DNA of 64,000 bases from Hydrolagus colliei (taxonomy: Eukaryota). The stretch spans positions 16,740,001 to 16,804,000 of the forward strand of contig CM068745.1 of the NCBI GenBank assembly GCA_035084275.1, in the 5' to 3' direction. The first letter of the stretch is position 1. Each line of letters starts with the position of its first letter. The translations under genes were made by a program, and so were the position numbers. The notes beneath the pieces were generated by a model. It searched no databases. It saw only the letters and a list, made by a program, of their open reading frames with translations, and was not told the DNA's origin. This document shows positions 35,606 through 49,944 of the stretch, piece after piece.

Positions 35606-38600
35606 TTATTTAAAACTCAGTGCTTTTGAGCAGCATTTGGACAACAACATTTCAACAACAAGTTGGTAGCTCTTATGATAACACACTGCACTGCTGGTGG
35701 GGTTGATACAGGCAATCCAAATAAAGATGAGATAACGGGGCTTTTGATACTTTAATCAGTCCTACAGTTCAGCATCAAGCCAGATTTCTGTGGCAACTAG
35801 AGATTTGACTCTGAGCTGGGTCTTGCTGGACCTAGAGCTATGAAAAACATCTGATGTATTTGACTCATTGCTTCTGGAGACAAATCAAGAATTTAAAGTG
35901 CTTGTAATTCATATCTTATTTATAAAATATTTAAAGCATTCAGGAGATGCTCAGACCTGTTACCATTTGAAAAGGCACTTTTCCCTCTGGTTGCCACGTT
36001 TGCCGACAATACACAGTCACTACAGTTCACAGTAAATGCTGTGCAGTGCTTTAAGATGTTTCAACAACATGATAAACTGCTACAAGTGCAAAGATTACTC
36101 ATGTTCTCAAATCCACTGTAGTAATAAAAAATTAAGTACTATACAGTGATCTCTTAAACCTAAATTCAAATGATAGACATTTTGATAGAGAGCAGTATTT
36201 GATTTGTTAGAGAACAACAACAATTTGCATTCATACAACGCTCTCGGGTGGGGTAGTACCTGAGAACAAATGTAAAATATGTTAACAGAGACATTCTACA
36301 GTTTCAGTGTAAATGAGTTACCATAATATTCACGGAATGGAAAAATCCATGCATGAGCAATTTGCCTTAAAAAGCCCCAAATGGTCATTTCTTACACTAG
36401 ACCATTTTAGACTGTTACAAACAAGTTGTAAGGATCTTTATGAATTATTTTGTCCTGAATTTTGTAAGTGATGATGAATAGACAAAAGGAGACAATGAAA
36501 ACGATTATTTCTTCTGACCAAATCCTTGCTTTATCTATTCAAAAGTATCTAAATCCCTTCTGATTCAATGTATCACTCGTTTGTATGGTGGGACTACCAA
36601 TGTACAGTATTTGATTTGGTAACATACAGGCAAGTGATACATTAGTTAATAGAGACACAGTAGTGCACTGTGCATCATCCCAGTGGAAGTCTTGTCTTCT
36701 TGGCAATCAGCAGGAGAGACAAGAACAAACCTGATTTTATAGTTACAATCCATTTAAAAAGCTGTCTATGTTGCATATTGATATTAAAGGTTAGTTTTAC
36801 TTGCAGAATATCAATTACCTGAAATTGGCACAGCTTTCAGGCAAGTTTTATGGGCCAATTTTCAAGGTCTATGTTCCTCTTCCTCGAAAAGTACTAGTGT
36901 TCAAGTGGAGGTCAAGCAATGATTACTAAGGAGTTTGAACCAACCTAAAGCTGCCTGGTTTTCTCTCTGCATGTTTATTAAAAGGCTGTCACACCTTAAA
37001 AAGGATGGGACAAGAGGGGAGACCTGGGCCTTAAACTTCTGCATAGTCTTAGTGTTTCAAACATTTTATCCGACACCTGAATACAGTATTAGGAACAAGA
37101 GCCCTGGCTCATCTTTCCTTTCCCAGACCTGGGTAGCTAAGAAACAACCTGCGTTTCTTTCTATGGGTCAGTGGTACAGCAACAACAACAAATTCCATTT
37201 GTATAGCGCCTTTCACGTCAGAAGGAAACCTGAGATCAACATGCTGATCAATGATCAGAAATAATGTACATATGTATGTATTGAGTGAAGCAGGGATAAG
37301 ACTCGACTGCATTGAAATCTTGCTGATCCTTCCCCTTAGGCGCACACAGTAAGATGGTCACAAGGACGGTGAATCGTGGAATCTTGGGTGAAAAATGCGG
37401 TATTTGATGTCCAACAAAACTTTTGCTCTGCAAAATTGGAAACTGTTCAGCATTATCTCAGACTGTGCACTGGTCAATGGGAATCATGGTTTGAGAAGTT
37501 TGGGTAACCCGTATTACATTTGAGAAAATGCCTGACAAAGTACTTCACAGCGAAGTGCTGTAATGTGCAGTTATTATATTTATAAGTGAACACAGAAGCC
37601 AATTTGCGCACAGCTGAGTCCAACAAACATACACGAGAGAAAAGGGAATGGAGGCGTATGGAAAAAGGTTGCGGATTAGAATGGGTGGAGGTTTATATCG
37701 AGTACAAACATCACACAGACAAGTTGGGCAAAAAGCTTGTTTTGTGGTGTAGATTCCATGTAATTCCATGTAAACAGCAAACACTGTCCTTTGTTACCAG
37801 TGCTTTCAAGTGATCCATTGGAGGAACTGTTGTGCCTCAAAGGGAAATTGGCATTGATCCCACTAAGAGCTTATTGGATCTCAGCCTCACATATGTTTTA
37901 CCATCTATATTCCTCCCTCTGACCCTTCCCTCAATAACTATCCATGTTTTTACAGCAGAATGCATAATCAGTCCTACTAACCATATCCCAATCTGTTGTT
38001 AATAATGAAATCATTTGAAGCAGGGATTCTTCCTACTCAGATCCTGTTAATCCTGCAAGCCAAAGCCATGAAGGATAGAATGTTCCAAGATGGACAAGCA
38101 GCAGGAAAGCTTGCTTGACAGCTATGCGGTTTTAGCTGGTTAGAATCCGTCATACCCCCAACAAACACTCTAGGGTCTCACCCAACTGAACCTAATAATC
38201 CTGATTTGCACATATTTGTTCCACAAATAGCCATAGTGAATGACCAATTCTAGATGCGGGATTGTTGACCAAGAATCTGGGAGAAACTCATTTTTCTTTT
38301 CGAAAAGTGCCATGGAAGGCGTGCCATTGACCGAAGCAGGCAGGCAATACTTGAGTTTAAAGTCTCATCTGAAAGCCAGCATCTCTATCAATGCAGCACT
38401 CACTAGCATTATATTTGAGTGTCAGCCGAGACTGTTCAAAATCGATTTGATTCAAAGAAATATGATTTTTCTTGTAAATTTTTAATGATGCTTTTTCAAA
38501 TACAATCATCAGAAGTATAGAGTAGGAAGCCATTCAACCTATTGTAGCAGTGTTTGATCCTCCAATAAAGCTACTGTATCTATCTTAATCTCAATTGCCT

Positions 38601-38783
38601 GCTCTTTCCTCATACACTTTAATACCCTTGCTCTTCAAAGTGCTTTGTTAATTCGCTGCTAAATGGCACAATCAACAGCCACCACTAGCAATTCATTCCA
38701 TATTCTAGTAACCCTCGAGGTTATAAATGGATGAAACAAACACAATACAATTCCAAGATATATTCCCTACTATAGATATCAGT

Positions 38784-39150
38784 GGAGTTCAATTGTGCAA
38801 TGGTTAGAGCACTCACCTTGCGAACAGGGAGCTTGGGTTTGATTTCTGGGCAGGGCAAAACGTTAGGCATATTTCCTTACTCCACACACCTCTGCTTCCC
38901 TAATTAGTATATAGGAACCTGATTGCTAGTTGATTGGCAGATCGCTTTCAGTGGGTGATAATCCCTTCAAGAAAAATAGATAAATAAAAAATTATAATAA
39001 TGATTTGGTCACTCAATCCACGAATGTTTGTGGGTCACCGCTGTGTACAATTTCTCTCACAAAATATCCAGTAAATTTATTGTATACTCTGGGAAGCACT
39101 TTGTGATAACTTGATAAGGTGCTATATCAAATGCAAAGATTATTACTATA
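38784..39150 (+). mobile_element. tRNA-derived SINE (long subfamily)
   Basis: Degenerate head, the extra internal segment and the tail. Confidence 0.8.
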
Positions 39151-42100
39151 TTATTATAATTTTAGGAATCACCATATGGAAGGATATATGAAAGGCCATA
39201 TGATCTGATTGGAGGGTTTTTATCATTTAACTTCCTACACAATTAAGGATATAAAGTCAGAGTAAATCCAGGGAACGCTGTAAATTCTGGAGGAGAAAAA
39301 GAAAACACACAAGATAGCTCAATGTTTCATAAATAATTCACAAGTGTACACAGTAAAACTCGCACAAGTCTTACCTTTATAAATTGTATAATCGCCTAAA
39401 TTGTACATTCACCCAAATCCCACTCAGTTTCCACTTTGATTTCTTTGCAATACTCATGTTAATCATCTCCTATTTCATGACCTGCTCCCTTCCCTACCCT
39501 TTATTACCTGTACTTACCGGCTACCTTGATTTATGGGATACAACCCGTCCACATGTACATACTTAAGCATGGATGGCTGTCTTGAACTTCAATTTCTGTG
39601 ATTCAATGCGATTCCAATACTTGCTGCTAAGTGCGTATACGGCGATGGGTCAAAATGCACTGAATCACAGCAAATGTAATCTTGACTCGTCATCGCATGT
39701 GCACCTATCATCTGCAGTGACAAACTGACGAATGCACACTACACTAACAAACTACCACATGCTGCATTAAATTAAACATGTGCAGTGTAGATTATTGATT
39801 AAATTGGATATTCTAGAATTTACAGTTTGCCTACTACAAATAAGTCATATTAAATGTTACGATCCTGATCAAGATGACCTATATGAGTTTTACTGTATTC
39901 TGATTTCTGAACACAAGCCAAGAGGCCTTGGATGTCCTCCCGACCCGAAAGGGGCTCTATAAATGTAACTTTGTTGTGGTTGTTGTCCATTGCTGTAACA
40001 GGTGGGGGGAAAAGATACTTCAAATAACCATTCCAGGATGAAAAATGAATCAAGTGTGGGTTCCTCCTTGCACAGTAGAGAATCCCAGGGCAGTGTGCCA
40101 GCATCTGCAACAGCTGTGTTGGAGCTGATGATGACAGGTCCTGTGGTTTTTTTGATCAGCCAGGTGTAATACAGAATATAGAAACCAATGTCGTGCCTAA
40201 GATTAACTAAACCCGACTGAGAAATCCATTTTGCATGCCACCCACGCACAGAAATTTCACTGTCTCACACCCTGGTTATGTTATTCCAGACATTATTGTT
40301 GGCAAGAGCCAAAGCATGGGGATCTCAAAGTGTGCATGGAAATTAACCAGCTAAAACTTCATAGCTTGCTTTTGAGAGTACACCTCAGCAAACTTCCTGT
40401 TGCTTGTCCAGCTAGAAATACCCATTAGGTTTGGAGGGTTAACAAGAGGGGAAGAATCTCTACTCCAAAAGGTTAGTATTTCCCCCAAAGAAAGGCAATG
40501 ATCCGGGCTAGCTGGTATATCATCACCAGTTCCCTTCAACCCAACTGGCATTGAAAGCAGAGACCTTCACAAAGGATATACTTCAATCTGATATTCGTTT
40601 GTCAAACACATTACCTTGGAGCCCACTCAACCCCAAGGAGATCCCACTTATCTCCTTCCCCCAAGGAGTATATGGGAGTCAATAGATATCTGACAAATGC
40701 AGGTTTGAGCCTTCACTAAGTGGATACCAGGTACAAGGAACTCTTTGTGAGCTACTTGGTGAGCAGCACAACACAGTATGGAATGTGGAGAGCATTGCCA
40801 CCATCTTCCTTCGTGGATCTCCTCCCATCGAGCGCTGACAGTAGGTACAGAGTTGGAGCATTCAATCCCTGGATATGTGAACATTTGTTCATGAAACTGT
40901 ACTCCAAGTACTACTGTACCTTCTGGCAGCTGTTCCGAAGCTTCTCATCACTATTTGATGAATACCTGGCCTGCTTCATTTTTCCCCAGCTTGCCCACCC
41001 CTCTATCAGCAGTCAGGCCTTCAGCCTTTCTTCTCTCATTATCTGAAGCTGCATCCCTTTGCCTTGCCCATCCATGGTCTCCTTCAAAATTCATCTCAAG
41101 ACCTTCCTTTTTCATCACATACTCGGTCATGTTCACACCCCCACCTGTCCCAAATCCAACCTCCTGCTCAGGTGCAAACCCTTAAGCATCCAGCGGCTTG
41201 GGTCTGATGCGAAAATCAGCATACAAAAGAAATGTTTGTGGTTACTCCTAACCAACAGGAATGTAGATAAAGCTGATCCAGCAATGAAAGACAGAGTGCA
41301 GACAATGTGAGATGCTGCTCTAACCACAACATCTTGTATTAAAAGAGTACCCTTCACCTGGGTAGGTAGCTTCTCAGAGCCTAGTTTGATGCAGAGCCAA
41401 TGGCATAGTTTGATGTAAAAAGGCCGTAGAAATAGGCCATAATAGCAGAAGCATCTACGGGACAGGGTCGAAAGGGAAATTCATCAGATACAATTGGAAA
41501 CTGGATAAAGAGGGGGGAGGATAGAGGGATTGAGGCAGTAAATTCCAGAGATTTGCAGCATATTGGCTAAATACACAGCTGCTGATGGAGGAGTGCAGGG
41601 ATTGTGGAATGCACAGAAGGCATGAACCTGAAATACTACTGCAAACCTCACTGTTCTGGGTAATCTAATATTTAGATAACTTTTTGGATTGTTATCCCTT
41701 TTAAATGATAGTATTTAGTCAAAACTTGGTTTCTCACCAAAGCCTTCATTGTAAATGTTCCTATGTGACTACATTCCAATTATGTTCCACGTGATTGTTG
41801 TGTGTTAAATTTGCACAAATCATGCGACAGTGCTGCCAAAGCAGATTCTGATTCAACTCTGCCGCCTGCACTGAGACCCACCCTAGGTGGTTTGGAGAGA
41901 GAGGAGCACTGAAGAAACAAGTTCAGTCTGTCAGTCAAAGATGCAAGTATGTCTAGAACACACCATAACAAAACATTTCGCCCACAAAATATACAGTCAA
42001 TTAACTTTACAGTATATTCTGTGAAGCACTTTGAGAAGTATCAACGAAATGAAAAGGCACAATAACAAATGCAAGGAGTGTTATTATTATTATTATTAAT

Positions 42101-43209
42101 ATGTTTTAATCCATCCAGCAACCCCCCATCCTCCCCACAAAAAAAATGATTTTCCAGCATAAGTGAAGCCCCTGTTGGTAGATATAAGGAGAACAATTCT
42201 TCAATAAAAAAAATTAATCATAAGCTCGCAAGACTAAAGTCCATAAATTTATGGCCCAGCACAGTGAAATGATCTTGCTGGTCAAGGTCCATGCATTTAC
42301 TGAACTTCAGAGAAGCAGCCTTGATGTATGTGCAATAGATTGTATGGATCACACACTGGGTGTTCCTGTTTCCTTTGTAACTCAGAACATTCTGTAATAG
42401 GTGCAGTCATATGTGCAACAAAATGCAATGTTTTGTACTGAATCTCGTTTACTGTTAATTCTACACTTCATCTGTCCCATAGTCTTCAGGCAAGCATTCA
42501 ACTATCTTGTCTTTCTCCATGCTCCAAATCTTTTCACCTCATGCTTTCTCTCCCCACCTATGAAACCTCCCCCACCATGCCAAGCCCACCTTCAGCCTTT
42601 CTGTCCCCACCCTCTGAAACTCCATCCCAAAGACCTAGTGCCTGGTCTCTTTCCTTGTGTTCTTCAAGGTGCATCTGAAGACCTTCCTCTTTGACCATGC
42701 TTGTAGTCGTCTTCCCTCTCAAATCCAACCCCCAGCTCTTATGTAAAGTCTCAACAGTCCAGCACCTTGGGACATCCTCCTAGCAAGAAAAGTGCTATAC
42801 AAGTACAATTTGTTATCGTTGTTCATCCTATGTGTCAGGCACTATATGAGTACAAGTTAGTACAGTTTAATGCATCTTGTATATGCTGGAGAAAAAAAAT
42901 GAACTCCCATTGAACTAGCAAAAATTTACCCTAAGGCTGCGTAAGTAACAATGCACTGGATCATGCACTTCATTCAAAGCAGACAAATGCTAAAATTCCA
43001 ATAGTCCTATAAATTTAAAAAACAGGACAAATTTCCTCCCAAAGGAATACACGTATAAACTCAATGTAAAACTCTGGAACAAAGAGCCGGCTTCAGGCTA
43101 AGGTAGAGTTGAATTCTCCCTCAGAATCTGTTCAATGATCGATACACTCATAGTTGAATGGAGATAGTACCTAATTTTAACAGAAAGAAATATCTGACAT
43201 TGTTTCTGA

Positions 43210-43605
43210 CTCAGAAGGTATACTCTACATCTGCGAGTCAGAAACATTGTTAGTTCAAGCCTCATGTTACAACGTTGTAGTGTAGGTTGAGACTTCGGTG
43301 CAGTGCTGGGGAGAGCTGCATTGTCGGCTGTGCCATCCCTCAGATGAGATGTTAATCTGCCTGTTGTAGTTGATGTTAAAATCCCATGGCAATAATTGGA
43401 AAAGGAAGGGAGTTTCTCTCTCCCAGAGTCTTCACTAACAATCCTCCAGAGAAGATTGGGCGTTCGCTTCATTGCTGTTTGTGGGGCATTACCATGTGCA
43501 AATTGGCTGCTGCATTAACATTACAAAATACACAATTACTACATTTTACAGTAAATTCTGTGAAGTATATTATAGTAAAACACTATATCAAATCCAAGGT
43601 TTATT
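43210..43605 (+). mobile_element. Old DeuSINE
   Basis: GAGTCAGAA..GTTCAAG head, Deu core AAAATCCCATGGCAA..GGGAGTTTCTC and GCTGTTTGTGGG..TGTGCAAATTGGCTGC. Confidence 0.75.
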
Positions 43606-45044
43606 ATATATTATATGTATCTTTTACAGGGTATCAATCTTGCTCCCACAAAGTCAACATTTGCAGAATGAGACCTGTTTATATAATACTGCTTACCCAT
43701 AGCAATTCTGCTACATAAGTGAAGAATTTATTATAATTCATAGATTTAGGAATAGATGCAGACTAAGGTTTACAAATACTATGTAGGATATAATTATTTT
43801 TGTGGTGGTGATGGGGGGAAACAGAGCTATGTTGTCTGTGGAGGCCAGAGTAGTAAGTTTGAATGGAGTTGAAGGAACGCTCTGAGGTTTTTGCTCAATT
43901 GCCTTTGAGGAAATCAAGCAGGATTTAATTCAGATCCATCATGCAAAAAATGTCTGCCTATTTTGTGGGAGTTTTGCCCACAAAATATACAGTCAATTCA
44001 CTTTACAGCATATTCTATGAAGAGCTATGAGACATCTCAAAAACATGATGAAGTAAATGCAAGGATTATGATTATTATTATTATTGTAAATTCTAAGACA
44101 ATCATCCAGGAGGTAGAAGGTTATGGAATGAGGATAGCGAATAAGAAGATTAGGGAAGGTGGGGATTCATGTGGAAAATAAATACTGTCGTGGATTAGTT
44201 GGGTCAAATGGCCTGTTTGGTGTTGCATAGTCTGTCTGACTGTTCAAGATCATCCAACATGATCCTATAAAACAAAAAGGAAATTCTTCCAATTGATTCC
44301 AGTGAACTTTCCTCCCTCCAGATAAATTGATCATTCACTTCATGGCTGTATGCAGGACTGTTCTGCACATACCTTGACCGCTAAAAATAAATAGTCACTA
44401 CACTTAATTTCCTGTGTTCAGAGACACTTTGGCGCTATATCAAATTCAAGACATCTTTTAAAAAAATTATTTCTGGAACTAGTGTCAGAATCCCAGCCAG
44501 TTTCTACATTTAAAACAAACATACCCAGAAAGATTGGTTCTATCCAAAAAATCATCATTTGCATTGAGTTATGTTTCTCCAAAAAAAAGGTGCGGTACAT
44601 TATAAAGCACGTCCGTTTTGAGTTTAGATCTGATCTGAATTCTTGATCTGAATTCATACGTGAACCAAAGCAAACTGACTTTTTCCATGCTAAATGGTCC
44701 ATACTGAAAAGTTTTAAATGGTGATTCAGTGAGTAAACACATGTTGTATCATTGTTCTCAATCATATAAGCTATTGTCCAAGGTTCAAATTCTGGTCTGT
44801 ACTGAGTTGGTCAGATTGAGCTACAGCAGCAGCAAAAAGCACAACAATTAGAACTTTGTACTCTGGGCAAAGGAAGAAAACTATGTTCTCAATTATTATC
44901 CACTGGCATTCCTTGTGCCACAAATGCATGAATAAACTCATCAAGGCTGAAATAAAAGTGCTCTGAACATCAAATATGTCCGATAAAGCTCTTCTTCCTT
45001 CCAGCACCCTCATTGTTTTGAATGCAGAACTATGCACAATTCTG

Positions 45045-45410
45045 TTCAATAGGTAGCATTCTTGCCTCTGTGCCAGGCCTCGGTGGGTTCAAGTCCTTTG
45101 TTGGGACTTGCGCTTATCATTTCAGGTGGCATTACTCGTGCAGCGCTGCATTGTCAGTGCTACTTTCTTTCGGATGAGACAAACATGTCTGCTTGTTCAG
45201 GTGGAAATTAAAGAGAGCATCATACTATTGACTAAAGGGAGTTTCTCCCATTCTCCTGGTTTACAAATCTCCAGATTAATTTGTCATTCACCACTCGACT
45301 GTTTGGAGATATTGGCAGCCCAAATGTTGGCTGTATTTACCTACAGAAAATCACAATACTGATGTAATTATCCATGAAATGTTTTTTGACATGCTACAAA
45401 AATGCTACAT
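45045..45410 (+). mobile_element. Old DeuSINE
   Basis: GGTAGCATTCTTGCCTCTG..GGGTTCAAGTCC head and TGTCTGCTTGTTCAGGTGGA core. Confidence 0.65.
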
Positions 45411-46519
45411 TTGGTTCTTTCATTTTCAGGACCTAAGACGGTATAGTTGTTTATCTGCTTCAGCTTTCCCTAACTCGTACGATGCATAGGTATTTTGTAG
45501 GTGAAACACAACAGCCCAAAACGGCTTAACATAAAAGATCATCTGAACATAATCAGAGCTGTACTATAGAGATAACATTTTGTTCAGTAACAACAATAAC
45601 AACGACTTACACTTATATAGCACCATTCACACAGGGTCGAGTCCCAGAGCATTTAACTTGCCAGTTTCAAAGTACCATGGACAATCACCTTGCTGATTGT
45701 CTCACACTGAACCAAAGTATTAGAGCAAACTGTTTCCTCGCTCACAAGATCACAACATTGGTTTGGATGAAGAAGACCCTTCTGCCCATTGCAATGCAAA
45801 CATGCATGTGTGCGGGGGTGGGCGGAGGTTGGGGAGGGTGGTGGGGGGAGTTACACTAGACAAAGGAGAAAGCTGCTTCCCACTCATTGAACAGGGAAAC
45901 AACAAGACATGGTAGATCCTTGAAAAATACTAAGTCAGTATCAACACAACATTGTCCCATGTGCAGTTCATTTTCACGTTGAACTTACTGAACCCACTCC
46001 TTTTGGGCAATACTCCTGATGCTAAATCGTTTAATTTGCTTTTTAATCTGAAGCTGAATCTGAATCAAATAACTTCATCACTCCTTCATATCTTCCGGTT
46101 TATTTCTTCACGCTCTTCGTTCCCATCTGATCTGAGATTGCTGCTTCCTGGCACTGTACGTAGGCTGTGCATGGCTGCACAGTAGGCTTGCGATGCAATC
46201 AGTGTGCTAAACCCTGTGAGGACTGCAGCAACATAACTGGGGCCAATGAAATTTCATTGGCATCCTGATGTTTGCAGCCTGTTGGTGGGTTCCATTGTAT
46301 TGGTGTCAGCTGGGGTTCACAAAAGAGATTCAGCCCATTTGATCCCAAATAGTAACACTACCATATCCCCATTACAGCATAAAGGTGGTTTGTTAAATCC
46401 GACTTGCCATCTCATGTCCTGTACTGTCTTGTCAATAGCGCATTCTCAGGACTAGTCAATAGCACACTCTCTGAGTCCGGGACAGGCAAACAAAACATAA
46501 GACCCACAGATTGGACACA

Positions 46520-47305
46520 AGAAGCAAACATAAAAAAGCAAATTATTTTCTGAACGGGAGAGGTTAGATAGTGTTAGTGTACAAAGTGATTTGGGTGGCC
46601 TTGTACACCAGTCTCAAAAAGTTAGTTTGCAGGTGCAGCAAGCAACTAAGAAGGCAAACGGCATGTTAGCGTTCATTGCAAAAGGTTTAGAGTATAAGAG
46701 TAGGGAAGTCTTGCTGCAACTGTATAGGGCTCTGGTGAGACCGCACCTAGAGTATTGTGTGCAGTCTTGGTCTCCTTACTTAATAAAGGACATACTTGCC
46801 TTAGAGGGGGTGTAGCATAGATTCACTAGGTTAGTTCCTGGGATGAGGGGACTGGCCTATGAGGATAGGTTGAATAGACTAGGGCTGTATTCTCTAGAGT
46901 ACAGAAGAGTTAGGGGAGATCTTATTGAAACATATAAGATTCTTAAAGAGGTGGATAAAGTAGACAGTGAGGGATGTTTCCCCTGGTAGGAGAATCTATA
47001 ACCAGGGGTCATAATCTTAATATTATGGGTCAGCCTTTTACAACAGAGTTGAGGAAACATTTCTTCACTCAAAGGGTAGTGAATTTATGGAATTCACTAC
47101 CCCAGAAGGCTGTAGATGCTCAGTCCTTAAACATTTTCAAGGCTGAGACTGATAGATTTTTTAAATATAGAGGTGTTAGGAGATATGGGGATAAGGCAGG
47201 CAAAATTAGAGTTAGGTCAGAAGATCAGCCATGATCTTATCAAATGGCGGGGCAGGCTCGAGGGGCCGAATGGCCTGCTCCTAATTCTTATGTTCTTATG
47301 TTCTA
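46520..47305 (+). mobile_element. CR1 LINE, 5'-truncated
   Basis: KKANGMLAFIAKGLEYKSREVLLQLYRALVRPHLEYCVQ.WSP and RKHFFTQRVVNLWNSLP, ending in GGGCCGAATGGCCT and (TTCTTATG)n. Confidence 0.93.
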
Positions 47306-47945
47306 AGACCAGCAGACCAAAACATAAGATGTCAGTTGTGGCTTCTGTGGTGTCACTGTGGTATCAGAGCCTTTTGGGAAGGTAAATGCAGACCAGTGAA
47401 ACATATCTAACTGATAAGAAATTGTCTACACTTATACAGTCACTAGTTTCCTGTAAAGTGCTTGGAGATGTTTTGATGTTATACCTGCTAATATCAAATG
47501 CAAAGGTTTTTAATATGGCAGCCATTTGATAACTTGTGATTATCACAAAACACACTTTCACCTCATCATTATTATTTCGGTGGCCGGTTGCAGTATCCTT
47601 TCCGCAAAATGTAGTGTTTCCAATTAGATTTCTAATTTCAAAGATAGAAATTGCTGGGAACACTTTTGCATATTTTTCTAATTTGCTGCACACCAGCAAT
47701 CACCTCTGCTCCTGATCTGGCCTCTACATGTTGGGACAAGCATTCAGATGAGGATTTGCCCTTTCATTCCCTGCCGAGTGGACATTGGTCATGATGTGTG
47801 AGCTTTGGCAGTCAATGTTAGCAAAACTATAAGAGAGCATCATCTCCCATCAAGCCTGAGTGGAGACCAGCAAACTCAGCATGGTTTGAGGTTCGAACCA
47901 ATGAACCTCTGATACATAAGCTTCAGCTTTCCATTACAAGCAGAT

Positions 47946-48280
47946 GGAGTCCTGTAGCTCAATGGTTAGAGCACTTGCCTTACAAGCGAGAGACCTGGAT
48001 TCAATTACAGGCAAGGGGCGAAACCTTGGGCAGGTTTCCTTAAAATGTCCTCCCGGCATGAAAGACGCCTAACCATAAATGCCTAACAATAATCCCGAAA
48101 CAACAAATAAATTGATTATTTCAATCCATTATTGCTTGTAGGACACTGCTGGGCGCAATTGGCTGCCGTGTTTCACCCACATATATAGTCAATTCACTTT
48201 ATAGTATATTCTGTGAAGCACTTTCAGATGTCTAAAAGACATGAAAAGCGCTATATCAAATGCAAGGATTATTACTATTA
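47946..48280 (+). mobile_element. tRNA-derived SINE (short subfamily) containing a small L2-tail insert
   Basis: Canonical head and tail. GTCCTCCCGGCATGAAAGACGC at about 48046-48069 interrupts the body. Confidence 0.88.
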
Positions 48281-48639
48281 CAAGGGTATATCATAACAGG
48301 ATTCCTACTCTGTTAGGGTTCATGTCCACTTTACTCTGGAGGTAAATCACTGCAGAGCAAAGTTCTGTGCAAATTTCTAGTTACCAGCAAAGGATTCTAG
48401 TTGCATGACCAATTGAATAAAAAAAAGCCAGTGTGATAGACCAACCAGCCTCTGGGGGTAGAGATTATTCCCTTTCAGTTCCTGTTAGCCCTGCAAGCCA
48501 GAGCCCTAACAGTTGGGGTGGTCCTAGTTGAACAAGAAGTAGGAAGCTTACCAGTCAGAGCTCTAAAATTGAACAGAAGATTGGTTGAAAGATAGATAGC
48601 AGAGAGTGAGAATTAAGATATTGTATATTCTTCTGATTA

Positions 48640-49190
48640 CAGGGAATAGTTAGCGATGTGCTTCAGGGACGATGTTGGGATCTCTCTTGTTCTCTATATA
48701 AAATACATTAATGATCTGGATGAGGGAATTAAGGGAATAATATCTAAATTTACAGATGATGCTAAATGAGGTTGTTTTTGACAGTGACAGAGAGCTGGAA
48801 GCTGCTGGCAGGTATTGATGGGTTAGCAGAGTGGACAGGTTTGTGGCAAATGAAGTTCAACAGAGAAAAATGTGATATGCTGCATTTTGCAAGAAAGAAC
48901 AGAGATCAGAATTATACTCTGTGTAGTGAAATTCACAAATCGAGTGCCGGAGCAGAGGGATCTGAAAGGTCCAAATACATAGTTTGTTAAAATGTAGGGA
49001 TGCAGGTAGCAAGTACAAGCAGGATTCTGGGTTTTATACACAGAACCAATTGCATGCAAAGGTAAGTTTTAATTCTATATATAAGACACTGGGCAGACCA
49101 AAGCTAGAATATTAATATGCAGTTTTGAGAGCCACATTATGAGAGGATATTGACGCTATGCAGAGAGTACAGTGTTGATTCACTAAGATA
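48640..49190 (+). mobile_element. CR1 LINE RT fragment, degenerate
   Basis: YINDLDEGI..ISKFTDDAK and WQMKFNREKCDMLHF motifs. Confidence 0.8.
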
Positions 49191-49455
49191 ATAATCCTTA
49201 CATTTGATATAGCGCCTTTCATGTCATGAAGATCCCTATATTATGTAGGCAAATGCAGCAGCCATTTGTGCACAAAAATATCCCACAAACAGCCATGAAG
49301 TGAATGATTAGTTTTATTCAAGGGAATTGTTGACCAGGACACTGTAAGAATCTTACAACAACATCAACAACAATAAATTCAATTGTATAGCGTCTTTCAT
49401 GCTAGGAGGACATCTCAAGTTGCTGGAGGGTGTGCAAGCCGATTCAACGATAACT

Positions 49456-49930
49456 TCATAGAATCATAGAATTTTACAGCACAAAAGGAGGCCATTCGGC
49501 CCATCTCGTCTGTGCCGGCTCTTTGAAAAGAGCAATTCAATCCCACTGCCCAGCTCTCTCCCCATAACCTAACAGATCTGTTCTCCCTAAATAAAGATCT
49601 AATTCTCTTTTAAAAGCTGTTATTGAATCTACCTCCACCACCTTTTCAGGCAGATTTGAACAACCCGCTGAGTGAAAACATTTCTCCTCAGCTCCCCTCT
49701 GCTTCGTTTTGAAACTATTTTAAATCTGTGACCACGAGTCACAGATTCACCCACCAGTGGAAGAGAAGAGATAATTAAGAGAGAAGTAGATAATTATTTT
49801 AGGAGAACAGGTATGCAGGGCTATAGGGAGAGAGAGAGGGAATGGGATTGATTTGGACAGCTCTTTCCAAAGAACCGGCACAGACACAATGGGCCAAATG
49901 GCCTCCTTCTGTTCTGCATAATTCTATGAA
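49456..49930. mobile_element. Two CR1 3' ends in opposite orientation (minus 49456-49765, plus 49770-49930)
   Basis: Both carry GCTCTTT..AAAGA.CCGGCACAGAC..ATGGGCC.AATGGCCTCCTT and ATTCTATG ends. Confidence 0.8.
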
Positions 49931-49944
49931 ATTAACCCAAGGAG

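Noticed and set aside
39375-39408. Minus-strand ATG...AAG|GTAAGA as an alternative SACS first exon
   Set aside because: Phase 1, incompatible with the acceptor at 4968, in AT-rich featureless context.
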